Part shown: in pieces, positions 21,082-32,543 of the stretch | Position numbering within the stretch: position 1 is the stretch's first letter | How the letters are laid out: the number at the start of each line of letters is the position of its first letter | Assembly (NCBI GenBank): GCA_003712145.1 | Contig: RHLS01000006.1 | Span: 47,253 to 111,252 of the forward strand | Direction of reading: 5' to 3' | DNA: 64,000 nucleotides | Source of the DNA: Desulfuromonadales bacterium | Lineage (GTDB): Bacteria > Desulfobacterota > Desulfuromonadia > Geobacterales > Geobacteraceae | Program-made: the position numbers and the translations under genes | The notes under the pieces: model-generated | What the model saw: the letters and a program-made list of their open reading frames with translations, nothing else | The model's database searches: none | Told to the model about the DNA's origin: nothing

Positions 21082-21477
21082 TCAGATGAGGCCATGGCTC
21101 CTGATCTCCTTCATCAGCTTCTGCCTGGTGATGGGCTTCACCAGGTACGATGTGGCCCCGCCCTTGTAGAAGGCCTCCACCACGTTCTTCGGATCGTCCA
21201 GGGCCGTGGTCATGATCACCTTCACTTCCAGCGCCCCCCCCACCCCCAACTGGCGCTCCATCTCGCGGATCTGCTCCAGAGCCTCGTGGCCGTCCATGTT
21301 CGGCATCATGATGTCCATACAAATCAGGTCATAGGGGCGCTTTTCCTCGTGGGCAAGCCGGAAGGCCTTGACCGCTTCCGTTCCGTCAATGGCGATGTCG
21401 CACTCGCCCAGGGGGGTGATCAGCTCCTTCATGATCTTGCGTGAAATGAAATCATCCTCGACTATCAGCGTCTTCAT
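21082..21477 (-). CDS. Single-domain response regulator (CheY-like)
   Basis: LIVEDD, CMDIMMP and YLVKP receiver motifs. Confidence 0.9.
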   Translation of the reverse strand: MKTLIVEDDFISRKIMKELITPLGECDIAIDGTEAVKAFRLAHEEKRPYDLICMDIMMPNMDGHEALEQIREMERQLGVGGALEVKVIMTTALDDPKNVVEAFYKGGATSYLVKPITRQKLMKEIRSHGLI

Positions 21478-21627
21478 TCCGTTCGTCTCCTTTCAACCTC
21501 TGCGTCCGTCGTCGGCACGCATGTCCGACCCCGTTCACCCCGTCTGCATTCACGTTCGTGTTCTCAATCAGTCTATCGTATCCCTGCCCTCCGGGAAACG
21601 CACCGGATTACCGGATACTCATCTTGC

Positions 21628-21654
21628 TTATCGGTCGCCATGAAGATTTATTGA
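21628..21654 (-). promoter_or_regulatory. Possible sigma28-type promoter
   Basis: Minus strand TCAA-N15-ACCGATAA. Confidence 0.5.
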
Positions 21655-21708
21655 GGAAAAAGTGCGCCACTCGGAAAATTCCTGGGAACAGCTGGAAAAA
21701 TCCCGAAA

Positions 21709-21742
21709 AAAAGAGCACCGGGGCTTCCCCTGGTGCTCTTTT
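21709..21742. terminator. Intrinsic terminator (bidirectional form)
   Basis: AAAAGAGCACCGGGG-CTT-CCCCTGGTGCTCTTTT. Confidence 0.7.
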
Positions 21743-21806
21743 AATGGCTGCCGCCAAGGCCTCGGTTATCTGGTTGCCATCCGGAAACTCCGGATGAGCA
21801 ACTACC

Positions 21807-21950
21807 AGTTTTCGATTCGGAAACGAGGGATTTTTCGTCCTGGCAAGGAAATCAAGGAATTGCGCGGAGGCGTACTACTTGTACGCCGCACAAGCAATCC
21901 CGCAGATTGACACCGCCAGGGCGGAAAAGAACCGTTTCCGGACGAAAACT
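21807..21950. mobile_element. MITE-like element E1, about 144 bp
   Basis: Imperfect TIR AGTTTTCGATTCGGAAACG / CGTTTCCGGACGAAAACT; central hairpin GGCGTAC-tactt-GTACGCC; abuts the stop codon of the cytochrome gene. Confidence 0.75.
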
Positions 21951-22416
21951 ATCTGAAATCGGCGTACTTCGAAATAACCAGCCCGGTGTCCTTGGCATCC
22001 TTCAGGTGGCACTCGTAGCAGTTCTTCACCGGATCGACGCCAGACGGCTTCCCCTCAGGGGTAAAGCCGGCAAAGAGCCAGCCGCCGGTTGCGGCCTGCT
22101 TGGCATCCTTTTTCATGAGGACAACCATGCTCTTCTTACCCTTGACCGGCTTTCCCCCTTCGTCCTTGATCGTGTAGTTGACCACAACGAAGCGGGCACC
22201 TTCGGGGTACTTCCCCCCCGCCTTGTAGGCGGGCATCGCCTTCTTATCGACGTAAATGTAGTGGATGCCGTAGAAGAGCGAGCTCTTGTCACTCACAACC
22301 TTTTCCTTGCTCTTTTCCCACTTCTCGTAATCCTTGGGCAGCGCAACACTGTCGGCGGCGGTGGCGGCCGAGGCTGCCAGGAGTAACGATACCGCCATCC
22401 ATGCGATTATTTTCAT
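21949..22416 (-). CDS. Cytochrome P460/c'-beta family monohaem cytochrome c
   Basis: Signal peptide; YPEG..FV, VLMKKD..ATGGWLFA pattern; C-terminal CYECH haem motif. Confidence 0.8.
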   Translation of the reverse strand: MKIIAWMAVSLLLAASAATAADSVALPKDYEKWEKSKEKVVSDKSSLFYGIHYIYVDKKAMPAYKAGGKYPEGARFVVVNYTIKDEGGKPVKGKKSMVVLMKKDAKQAATGGWLFAGFTPEGKPSGVDPVKNCYECHLKDAKDTGLVISKYADFR

Positions 22417-22473
22417 AGCTTCCCCCCCGTGAGTAGTTTGAGCGGAAAAGATAACCGAACGAAGCCTTATTGT

Positions 22474-23322
22474 CTACCTCTTCGCCACCTGCTTCGGCTT
22501 GGCGCGGGAGAGGTCGAACTGTACCGTAAGGTACCCGTAGTGGATGTCGTCGTTACTCCCGGAGGCATCGCGAAAGAACTTTCCAGTGAAGAACCGGTCA
22601 TAGCTGGCGATGACGGAAAGGTTGTCGCTCATGGCGTAGGTGGGGGTGAAGTCGGTCTCAAGGCCGATCCGGCGGCTTGCCCCCTCGGGTGCGTGGTTGG
22701 CAAGGAAATAGCGGCCGGTGGCCGAGAGGTTCAGCACCTTCGTCAGGTCGACGCCCCAGCCGAGGGTGCAGATCTGGAGGCCGCTGGCGTGCAGGTCGCC
22801 CACGTCGAGCCCCGAGAGGTCACCCACCACGTTCATATCACCGGTGAGCGAAGTGTCGGTGGCCTGGTTCAGGAACTCCTGGCGGCCGGCCTTCAGGGAG
22901 TTACCCTCCAGCATAGGGCAGAGGATCTCGGCAAACCCCTGGTAGAGTGAAACCTTGCCGAGGTACTGACTGCCACCGGTATAGCCGTACCCCTGCCCCT
23001 CGGCATGGAGGTCGAGCCATTCGGTCGGGTGCCAGTAGAGATAGGGCTTCACCCGGTAGAGGAAACGTCCTTCGGTGTGTCCCGGCGCGTAGCTGAAATC
23101 AGGGAGACGGAAGGTGCCAGCCCCCTCCCCCCTGACAAAGCCATTCACGCCGATCCGGTATACATAATCATAGAGATCGGGCTTGGCGATTACCTCCTGC
23201 ACGCTCTCCTGAACGGTATGGGGTCTTTGGGAGTCCGCAATGGCTACCTCGGCGGCCGATGCCCCTGCGGCGCCGAAGACCCCCACCGCCACAACCGCGC
23301 ACAGCATGTTTCTACTTTCCAC
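22474..23322 (-). pseudogene. Alginate-export-family outer-membrane beta-barrel, apparently shortened by an in-frame internal deletion
   Basis: Signal peptide (GTG start after AGGAGG); beta-strand pattern; GRQEF runs directly into C-terminal-type sequence; only about 282 aa. The deletion is inferred from recalled family length. Confidence 0.5.
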
Positions 23323-23344
23323 ACACTCCTCCTGTTCGTCACTA

Positions 23345-24094
23345 TCAACGACCGCAGACCGGGCACCCCTGCAGGGAAAGGGGACGCTCAAGCCGACAGG
23401 CGGCCAGCAGTTCATCGTTGCCGAAAATCTCCCGCGTCGGCCCGTCGGCCGCCACCCTTCCCTCCCGCAGGACGATGGTCCGTTCGCAGAGCTCCATGAC
23501 CATATCGAGGTCGTGGGAGGTGACGATCTTCGTGTGCCGAAACTCCCGCAGAAGCCCCATGAGCTGCCGGCGGGCGTAGGGGTCCAGCCCGGTGGTCGGC
23601 TCGTCGAGCACCAGGATGTCGGGACTCATGGACAGGACCGTGGCAATGGCGGCCCGCCGCTTCTCCCCCCCCGACAGGCGGTAGGGAGGCTTGTCGCGCA
23701 GGTGGGCGCACCCCACCCGCTCCAGGGCGTCGATCACCCGGCGCTCAACCTCCTCCGGGGGAAGCCCCAGGTTCTGGGGACCGAAGGCAACGTCGTCGAA
23801 GACAGTCGGCATGAAGAGCTGGTCATCCGGGTCCTGGAAGACCATGCCGACGGTCCGGCGCACCTCGGGGAGCGTCGTGCGGACCACGGGGGTGTCGCCG
23901 ATCCGCACCTCCCCCCCCGATGGGGCCAGATAGCCGTTCAGGTGGAGGAGCAGCGTCGACTTGCCGGCCCCGTTGGCGCCAATCACCGCCACCGACTCAC
24001 CGTGGTGAATTTTGAAGGTGATCCCACGCAGAGCCTCGGTGCCGTCCGGGTAGGTGTGGCGCAAATCCCGCACCTCAACAATATGATGACTCAT
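23345..24094 (-). CDS. cbiO: ECF-type Ni/Co transporter ATPase (NikO/CbiO)
   Basis: GANGAGKST Walker [23 protein letters not shown]. Confidence 0.93.
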   Translation of the reverse strand: MSHHIVEVRDLRHTYPDGTEALRGITFKIHHGESVAVIGANGAGKSTLLLHLNGYLAPSGGEVRIGDTPVVRTTLPEVRRTVGMVFQDPDDQLFMPTVFDDVAFGPQNLGLPPEEVERRVIDALERVGCAHLRDKPPYRLSGGEKRRAAIATVLSMSPDILVLDEPTTGLDPYARRQLMGLLREFRHTKIVTSHDLDMVMELCERTIVLREGRVAADGPTREIFGNDELLAACRLERPLSLQGCPVCGR

Positions 24095-24903
24095 TGGAAC
24101 ACCCCCGTGACCAGCGCGCCGACCAGGTGCGGCACGTTGATGAAGCGAAGCAGCATGAAGATCGAGCACCAGCCGGCGGTGAACAGCAGCTCGCCCCGCC
24201 CGAATCGGCTAGTGCGCCGCACATGAAACTCGCCCCGGAAGCCCCGGGAGAGCATCGCCATGTGGATCCGCTCGGCCCGATTCCAGGTACGGAGCAGCAG
24301 ACTCCCCACCAGCGCTCCGTAGGCCTTCAGCCCCATACCCCGCCCCCCGAAGGAGCGCAGTTCCCGGGCCCGGGTCATTCGCGCCCCCTCGTCCCCGAGA
24401 ACAAAGATATACCGGTAGAGAAAGAGAAGCTGCAACACGAAGGCCTGGGGAACCCCGAAACGCTCCAGCGCCATGCAGATCCCTGCGAAACCGGTCACGG
24501 CCACAAGGACCAGCGCCGCGCTCACGGTGAGCATGGCCCGAAGGATGATCGAAATAAACGAGACCCACCCTCCGGATACCGCCACGGGGCCGATAGTCAT
24601 CAGCGTTGCCCGGTCGAAGAGCGGATTGAAGAGCCCCACCACGGCGGCAAACGATAGAACCACCAGGAGCTTGCGCCCAAGGATGCCCGGCGGGAGGCCG
24701 CCAGCGGCAACCATCACCATCGGGAAAACGGCAAAGGGGATGAGGGCCGAAACCTCGTAGCGACCGAAGGAAACCACCGTCACCAGGAACACGAGGACGA
24801 CGAGCACCTTTGCCCGGGGATCGAGACGGTGGATGGCCGAATCCCCACCGGCCAGGAGGTCGAGGCGGTTCAGGTCGCGGAGGGCTGTCTCAATGTGGGC
24901 CAT
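24091..24903 (-). CDS. cbiQ: ECF-type Ni/Co transporter T component (NikQ/CbiQ)
   Basis: IHRLDPRAK, LYRYIFVL, RAERIHMAMLSRGF motifs. Confidence 0.93.
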   Translation of the reverse strand: MAHIETALRDLNRLDLLAGGDSAIHRLDPRAKVLVVLVFLVTVVSFGRYEVSALIPFAVFPMVMVAAGGLPPGILGRKLLVVLSFAAVVGLFNPLFDRATLMTIGPVAVSGGWVSFISIILRAMLTVSAALVLVAVTGFAGICMALERFGVPQAFVLQLLFLYRYIFVLGDEGARMTRARELRSFGGRGMGLKAYGALVGSLLLRTWNRAERIHMAMLSRGFRGEFHVRRTSRFGRGELLFTAGWCSIFMLLRFINVPHLVGALVTGVFQ

Positions 24904-24973
24904 GGTATAGGGAACTCAGGGGGGAGCGCACGGGGCACTCCCCTTGGAATGAATGGGGTCACTGCTGGACGAA

Positions 24974-26032
24974 TTATGATGAGGTGCGCCGGCGCAGAAC
25001 GAAACCAATGACGAAGGCCATAACAAGCGTCAAGGCCCCGCCGACAATTCCGGACACCGAGGTGCCGAGCCTGCCGTCCCCTGCCGGGGCAGTCGCAGGG
25101 TTCGCATGGGCGGAGACATCAGGGGACACCGGCCCGTTCCCGGCGGGCTTCCCGAAGGAGTAGTCGGGCAGGAAAGCGATCTTTTCCTGAAGAGTCGCCA
25201 GGGTACCGTGAACACCATCCTTTGGAACCTCCAGTTCATCCCTGCCGGTTACCCCTTTGATCGCCCACTCGAGGCCGTCCGGGTTTTCGGAGGCGAACCA
25301 GGATACAGCTCCACCGGTAATCACGGCCACGGCGAGAAGCGAAGCCATCACCTGCCTGAAACCGAGGCCGCCCGCCGCGGCCCGGACCTGCGCCGGGACA
25401 CCGATGATTTCGGGGTTGGCCTTCGCCACGAAACCGACAACCGCCGCGGTGACGAGCCCCTCCACGATGCCGATGGCCAGGTGGATCGGCTGCATCAAAA
25501 GGACGAAGGAGGAAAAGGGAAGTGCCGATATCCCCGAGAAAACCGTTTCCAGCACCACGGCAAAGGCACCGAGCAGAAGCCCCGCCACCGCAGCCGCGAG
25601 CGATGCGGCCATGATCCGCCCCTGGCCAACGCCGGCGGGTGCAATCGTGCGGTAGATGACGGGATAGGCGACGAAGGCAGGGAACATTCCCAGGTTGAAG
25701 ATGTTGCACCCCAGCGCCAGAAGCCCCCCATCGGCGAAAAACAGAGCCTGGACCACAAGGACCGACGCGATGGTCAGAAACGCCGCATGGGGCCCCAGCA
25801 GGACCGCCAGCAGCAATCCGCCACCCAGGTGGCCGCTGGAGCCGGTTCCCGGAATGCTGAAGTTGATCATCTGGGCGGCAAAGACGAAGGCACCCAGGAC
25901 ACCCATGAGCGGCACCTTCCGTTCGTCCAGGTCATGGCGCACCTTTTTCGCGCAGTAGGCAATGGTTCCGGCTGTAGCTGCCCACATGGCGCCGCCGACC
26001 GCCGGTGAAACGAGTGCATCTGCCATGTGCAT
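24974..26032 (-). CDS. nikMN: ECF-type nickel transporter S component, fused NikMN (CbiM plus PDGLE domain)
   Basis: MHMADAL N-terminus after an [26 protein letters not shown], and PDGLEW domain. Confidence 0.88.
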   Translation of the reverse strand: MHMADALVSPAVGGAMWAATAGTIAYCAKKVRHDLDERKVPLMGVLGAFVFAAQMINFSIPGTGSSGHLGGGLLLAVLLGPHAAFLTIASVLVVQALFFADGGLLALGCNIFNLGMFPAFVAYPVIYRTIAPAGVGQGRIMAASLAAAVAGLLLGAFAVVLETVFSGISALPFSSFVLLMQPIHLAIGIVEGLVTAAVVGFVAKANPEIIGVPAQVRAAAGGLGFRQVMASLLAVAVITGGAVSWFASENPDGLEWAIKGVTGRDELEVPKDGVHGTLATLQEKIAFLPDYSFGKPAGNGPVSPDVSAHANPATAPAGDGRLGTSVSGIVGGALTLVMAFVIGFVLRRRTSS

Positions 26033-26062
26033 AATCTTCCTCCTTGCCGGGGACGCCCGCGC

Positions 26063-26089
26063 GTGCCACGAATCAAATTTTAGTGCTAC
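26063..26089. promoter_or_regulatory. Putative NikR operator
   Basis: GTGCCAC-N13-GTGCTAC about 30 bp upstream of nikMN; resembles the GTGYTAC-N13-GTGYTAC arrangement I recall for Geobacter NikR. Confidence 0.6.
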
Positions 26090-26424
26090 CAGACAGATAC
26101 CGAAAAACAACGACGATGTCAAGGGCACTCTGCCCTCTTGGAAAGATAGCAACAATCGGGCCGACTCCAGAATTTCCATCGCATTCACGAGCGATAGAAT
26201 CCGACGGGCGGCACTGCAAACCTTGCCGCAGCCAAAAAATCCTGATCAGAAAAGGGATTGAGTGCGCTGGAGGGTTAAGATTGTCCTGAAGGCGGTATCA
26301 ACAGCGGTTTGATGAGGTGTGCGGGCGGCGGCAACTACGTCAGATCCTGGACGTCAGGGGCCATTTCCCCCATGTTCGGAGGGGGATGTCGTCGTGGGTT
26401 TTGGTGGTCTGTCTGCGGTGCTCG

Positions 26425-27708
26425 CTATTTTTTCTGACTCGTCACTGCCAGATAATTGGCGGTGAACAGGTAGTCATCAACGTAATCCCTCTTTCCGTCT
26501 CCATTCAAGTCGAAGGCCGGAGCATTTTCGGTCCCGCGCTGGGAGAGGAAGAGGCTGAAATCGGCGTCGGTCACCACGCCTTTTTTGTCGATGTTCACAT
26601 CCACGGGCGGAGCTATGGTGAGAGGGAAATCAACCATGCGCTCACCGTTCACGATGGTAAGGGTCGCCTCGAACCTGCCGGCTTCCGGCACTGCCTCCAC
26701 AACCCATCGATTGTTTCCGTCCTTCTTCAGCGACGTGAGACGTGCCCCCCGCAGAGCGAAGTTGGGCGCGCTCGTTTCGGAGCTGTCCACGTCGATTATC
26801 ACCTTGAGGAGCGACTTCCCGTCATTGATGAATAGTGCCGGCTCCTGCCTGATCGTGGCTGCAACGGGCTCCCTGAAGAGCCCCTCAAAGGCTTTCAGCG
26901 ACTTTTCATCCGTATACTCTTTGAATCGGGTAAGGATGCCCTTGTAACTGATGTATTTTTCCTGTTGAGGAGCCACCTTAGGCTGAACCGCCCCCTGGTC
27001 GTCCGCGGGCTGGTCGACGTCCCCTTCCGGTTCGGGGGCTTCGGGAGGAAGTGGTTGATCGCCAGGGTCGTTGATTTCCCCAGGCGCAAGGGACTCGGGA
27101 GTTTCGGTGCTTACGGGGCTGCTCCCAGCGCCAAGGTTTACAGTCCCGGGTAGATGCATAAGATTGCCATCCTGAAGAGGTTTGTTGGCATATATACCCT
27201 CGTCGGTCACCATAGTCTTAGGTTCAGCAGAGGTACCAGTACTGTCATTAGTTTTCTTGATTCCATCGGAGCTATCGCTGCTGCCTCCAGTTTTCATGGA
27301 ATCGTTTTGTGCCGTGGAGGTGATCGGATCGCACATGATGACAGGTTCCCTCAAGGAACTCTTTAACGTGATGGTTGCCACCAGATCGGTTCCAGAGACG
27401 GGTTCGGAACTCCGCATTTGTAATAAGTGTTTTCCCGTCCCGTTGTTAATGGGGGGAATGAACACCCAACTCCCCAGTTCCCCGTTGAGTGGGACCAGCC
27501 TCTCAATCACCGAGGGGTCGAGCGTAACCATGCAACTCACGGTAAGAACGTCAACAAGCCCGTTCGCGTAGACGTGAAAGACGCCATTCCCCATGTTCTG
27601 GGCTCTCACCAGCGCCTGGCCATAAGCATGGGTGGTCAAGAGCGCACCACTCACCACCATTGCGACGCACAAGCTTTTCAGTTTCATCACAGTTCCTCCG
27701 CATTTCAT
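26425..27708 (-). CDS. Secreted protein with a cohesin-like N-domain, Pro/Glu-rich linker and C-terminal dockerin/EF-hand-like repeats
   Basis: Signal peptide; beta-rich domain; low-complexity linker; DVNIDKKGVVTDADF and DLNGDGKRDYVDDY motifs. Confidence 0.6.
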   Translation of the reverse strand: MKCGGTVMKLKSLCVAMVVSGALLTTHAYGQALVRAQNMGNGVFHVYANGLVDVLTVSCMVTLDPSVIERLVPLNGELGSWVFIPPINNGTGKHLLQMRSSEPVSGTDLVATITLKSSLREPVIMCDPITSTAQNDSMKTGGSSDSSDGIKKTNDSTGTSAEPKTMVTDEGIYANKPLQDGNLMHLPGTVNLGAGSSPVSTETPESLAPGEINDPGDQPLPPEAPEPEGDVDQPADDQGAVQPKVAPQQEKYISYKGILTRFKEYTDEKSLKAFEGLFREPVAATIRQEPALFINDGKSLLKVIIDVDSSETSAPNFALRGARLTSLKKDGNNRWVVEAVPEAGRFEATLTIVNGERMVDFPLTIAPPVDVNIDKKGVVTDADFSLFLSQRGTENAPAFDLNGDGKRDYVDDYLFTANYLAVTSQKK

Positions 27709-27810
27709 TCTTACACAGTCAATCGAGAAAAAAAAGCCCGAAAAGACCTGGCGTAATCCGGCTCAGCGAGAGTGTAACGTCCATCACGCACTGGCCCACG
27801 ATCCGAAATT

Positions 27811-27858
27811 TTGACCTTTTCTTGATACCCTTCCCCTGCATCTTGACCCCGTCTTTAT
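27811..27858 (+). promoter_or_regulatory. Possible KdpE (OmpR-family) binding boxes
   Basis: Two pairs of TTGAC/TT(G/T)AT half-sites, each 11 bp apart (27811/27822 and 27843/27854), upstream of the kdp operon. Confidence 0.3.
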
Positions 27859-27911
27859 CCCCCCTGCGCTAGAGTGATACTCACAGGACAGCAGCACACA
27901 GGGGGAGTACC

Positions 27912-28169
27912 GTGAAAATCTATCGTTTCAATCCGGTAAACGGAATGTATCTGGGAGAAGACTTCGCGGACGAAGGCGGCTTGCGGGGGGACTCTCTTGT
28001 TGTCCCCTCCGACGCGACGACGGTTCCGCCACCTTCGGCTGGACCGGGAGAGGTCCCCGTATTCGACAGCCAGGGACAATGCTGGAAGGTTCGCCTTGCC
28101 CGCGCCCGGACGGCCCCCCCATTGCGTGGTAAACTTGATGAGCATTCGCCATTAAGGGAATCTCCATGA
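27912..28169 (+). CDS. Small protein resembling the N-terminal domain of phage tail-fibre assembly (Tfa) chaperones
   Basis: IYRF...YLGED...[17 protein letters not shown]....W pattern; GGGGAG RBS; stop overlaps the kdpA start (ATGA). Confidence 0.6.
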   Translation: MKIYRFNPVNGMYLGEDFADEGGLRGDSLVVPSDATTVPPPSAGPGEVPVFDSQGQCWKVRLARARTAPPLRGKLDEHSPLRESP

Positions 28170-29869
28170 GCGCATATGACTTGACAGAAACTGTTCTTTT
28201 TTTCGCCGTCCTCCTGGCTTTCACGAAACCCTTCGGCGCTTTCATGGCCAGGGTATACCAGGGAGAGAGGACCATTCTGTCGCCCCTCATCGCGCCCTGT
28301 GAAACTCTGGTCTATCGGCTCTGCGGTGTCGACAGAAACGAAGAGATGGAGTGGAAACGGTATGCCGGCGCCATGCTCCTCTTCAACGGGGTACTCTTCG
28401 CGGGGCTTTTCGCCATGCTGATGCTCCAGCATCTCCTGCCGCTCAACCCGCAGAAGATGCCTCCCTTTCCCTGGCCCCTGGCGCTGAACACCGCCATAAG
28501 CTTCGTGACCAACACCAACTGGCAGGCCTACGCGGGGGAGCAGGCTGCCAGCTACTTCACCCAGATGGCGGGTATCACGGTCCACAACTTCGTCTCCACC
28601 GCCACCGGCATGGCGGTGGTGGTCGCCCTGATCCGCGGCTTTGCGCGGCGCACGACCTCGGCCCTGGGAAACTTCTGGGTGGATCTCACCCGCGGCATCC
28701 TCCATATCCTTCTGCCGCTGTCGCTGGTCGCCGCCATTGTCCTGGTTTCCCAAGGGGTGATCCAGAACGTTGCCCCGTACAGGAGTGTTCCTCTCGTGCA
28801 GGCAACGGACAACGTCCAGGAAGTGACCATCCCCATGGGTCCGGTCGCCTCCCAGGAGGCCATCAAGGAGCTCGGCACCAACGGCGGCGGTTTTTTCAAC
28901 GCCAACTCGGCCCATCCCTACGAGAACCCCACACCCCTCTCCAATTTCGTGGAGATCCTTCTGATCCTTCTCATCCCGGCCGGCCTGACCCACACCTTCG
29001 GCCTGTTGGTGGGGAACCCGCGCCAGGGATGGGGCATCCTGGCCGCCATGCTCGTTCTCCTCATCCTGTCGTTCGGCATCCTTCAGTGGGCGGAGAGCGA
29101 CGGAAACCCTCTGGTGGCAGGGCTCGGGGTCCAGGGGGCCAATCTGGAAGGGAAGGAGGTCCGCTTCGGCCTGGCAGGCAGCAGCCTCTTCACCGTGGCG
29201 ACCACCGGCACCTCCTGCGGCGCGGTCAACACCATGCACGACTCCCTCACCCCCCTGGGCGGGATGGTGCCGCTGATGCTGCTCCTCTCCGGCGAGGTGG
29301 TCTTCGGCGGGGTCGGCTCCGGCCTCTACACCATGCTGGCCTTCGTGGTGATCGCGGTCTTCGTGGCGGGGCTGATGATCGGCAGAACCCCGGAGTACCT
29401 CGGAAAGAAGATCGAGGTGCGGGAGATGTGGCTCTCGATCGTGACCATCCTGACCGCCGGGGTCGTGGTCCTCATCGGTTCGGGGGTAGCGCTCCTCGTC
29501 CCGTCGGCGGTGGCCTCCATGGCCAATCCCGGTGCCCACGGGCTCTCCGAGGTGCTCTACGCCTTCGCCTCCACCGCCAACAACAACGGCAGCGCCTTCG
29601 CTGGCCTGAACGCCAACACCCTCTTCTATAACCTGCTGCTGGCGGTCGCCATGCTCCTGGGACGCTACGTCCCGGCGGTGGCGATCCTCGCCTTGGCCGG
29701 CTCATTGGCGGAGAAGAAGTACGTTCCCCCCAGCCTCGGCACCCTGCCGACCGACAAGGCACCCTTTGTGGTCTGGCTGGTGCTGGTGATCCTGATCGTC
29801 GGGGCACTGACCTTTTTCCCGGCCCTGGCCATGGGACCGATCGTCGAACAACTGATCATGATCCGGTAG
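28166..29869 (+). CDS. kdpA: K+-transporting ATPase subunit A
   Basis: [33 protein letters not shown] motifs. Confidence 0.98.
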   Translation: MSAYDLTETVLFFAVLLAFTKPFGAFMARVYQGERTILSPLIAPCETLVYRLCGVDRNEEMEWKRYAGAMLLFNGVLFAGLFAMLMLQHLLPLNPQKMPPFPWPLALNTAISFVTNTNWQAYAGEQAASYFTQMAGITVHNFVSTATGMAVVVALIRGFARRTTSALGNFWVDLTRGILHILLPLSLVAAIVLVSQGVIQNVAPYRSVPLVQATDNVQEVTIPMGPVASQEAIKELGTNGGGFFNANSAHPYENPTPLSNFVEILLILLIPAGLTHTFGLLVGNPRQGWGILAAMLVLLILSFGILQWAESDGNPLVAGLGVQGANLEGKEVRFGLAGSSLFTVATTGTSCGAVNTMHDSLTPLGGMVPLMLLLSGEVVFGGVGSGLYTMLAFVVIAVFVAGLMIGRTPEYLGKKIEVREMWLSIVTILTAGVVVLIGSGVALLVPSAVASMANPGAHGLSEVLYAFASTANNNGSAFAGLNANTLFYNLLLAVAMLLGRYVPAVAILALAGSLAEKKYVPPSLGTLPTDKAPFVVWLVLVILIVGALTFFPALAMGPIVEQLIMIR

Positions 29870-29878
29870 GAGAAACAG

Positions 29879-31948
<2,070 letters not shown>

Positions 31949-31973
31949 ACGATTGTGTCCAGGGAGACACCCA

Positions 31974-32543
31974 ATGAACGATATCCGTCCGGCCATACTC
32001 CTCTTTGTCGCGTTCACCATCCTCTGCGGCGGCATCTATCCCTCCCTCGTCACCGGTATCGCCCAGACGGTCTTTCCCCACCAGGCCAACGGAAGCCCCC
32101 TTGCCGACCGGAGCGGCCGCGTTGTCGGCTCCGCCCTGATCGGCCAGCCGTTCACTGACCCGAAATACTTCTGGCCCCGCCCCTCGGCCACCGCAGAGTT
32201 CGGTTACAACCCGCTCGCCTCGGGGGGCTCCAACCTCGGCCCAACCAACCCCGACCTCCTCAGACAGGTGGGTGAGCGCGTGAAGAACCTCCGCGCCGCC
32301 GGGCTTGCCGGACCGGTACCCGCCGACCTGGTGCTCGCCTCGGCCAGCGGGCTCGATCCGCATATCACGCCGGCGGCGGCCCGGCTTCAGACGGCACGTG
32401 TAGCCACGGCACGGGGAGTGGGCGAAGATGTGGTGGCAAAGCTCGTGGCAGACCACACCGAAGACCGCCAGTTCGGCATCCTGGGCGAGCCACGGGTGAA
32501 TGTCCTTGCGCTGAACCTGGCATTGGATAAACTCACCCCATGA
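31974..32543 (+). CDS. kdpC: K+-transporting ATPase subunit C
   Basis: [36 protein letters not shown]. Confidence 0.97.
   Translation: MNDIRPAILLFVAFTILCGGIYPSLVTGIAQTVFPHQANGSPLADRSGRVVGSALIGQPFTDPKYFWPRPSATAEFGYNPLASGGSNLGPTNPDLLRQVGERVKNLRAAGLAGPVPADLVLASASGLDPHITPAAARLQTARVATARGVGEDVVAKLVADHTEDRQFGILGEPRVNVLALNLALDKLTP

Noticed and set aside
26033-26300. Cobalamin riboswitch expected upstream of a cbiM-like gene
   Set aside because: No B12-box or conserved GGGAA/GCCACTG elements seen; a NikR-like site is present instead
28138-28165. kdpF peptide
   Set aside because: The only short ORF here (MSIRH) is too short and not hydrophobic; the space is occupied by the Tfa-like ORF
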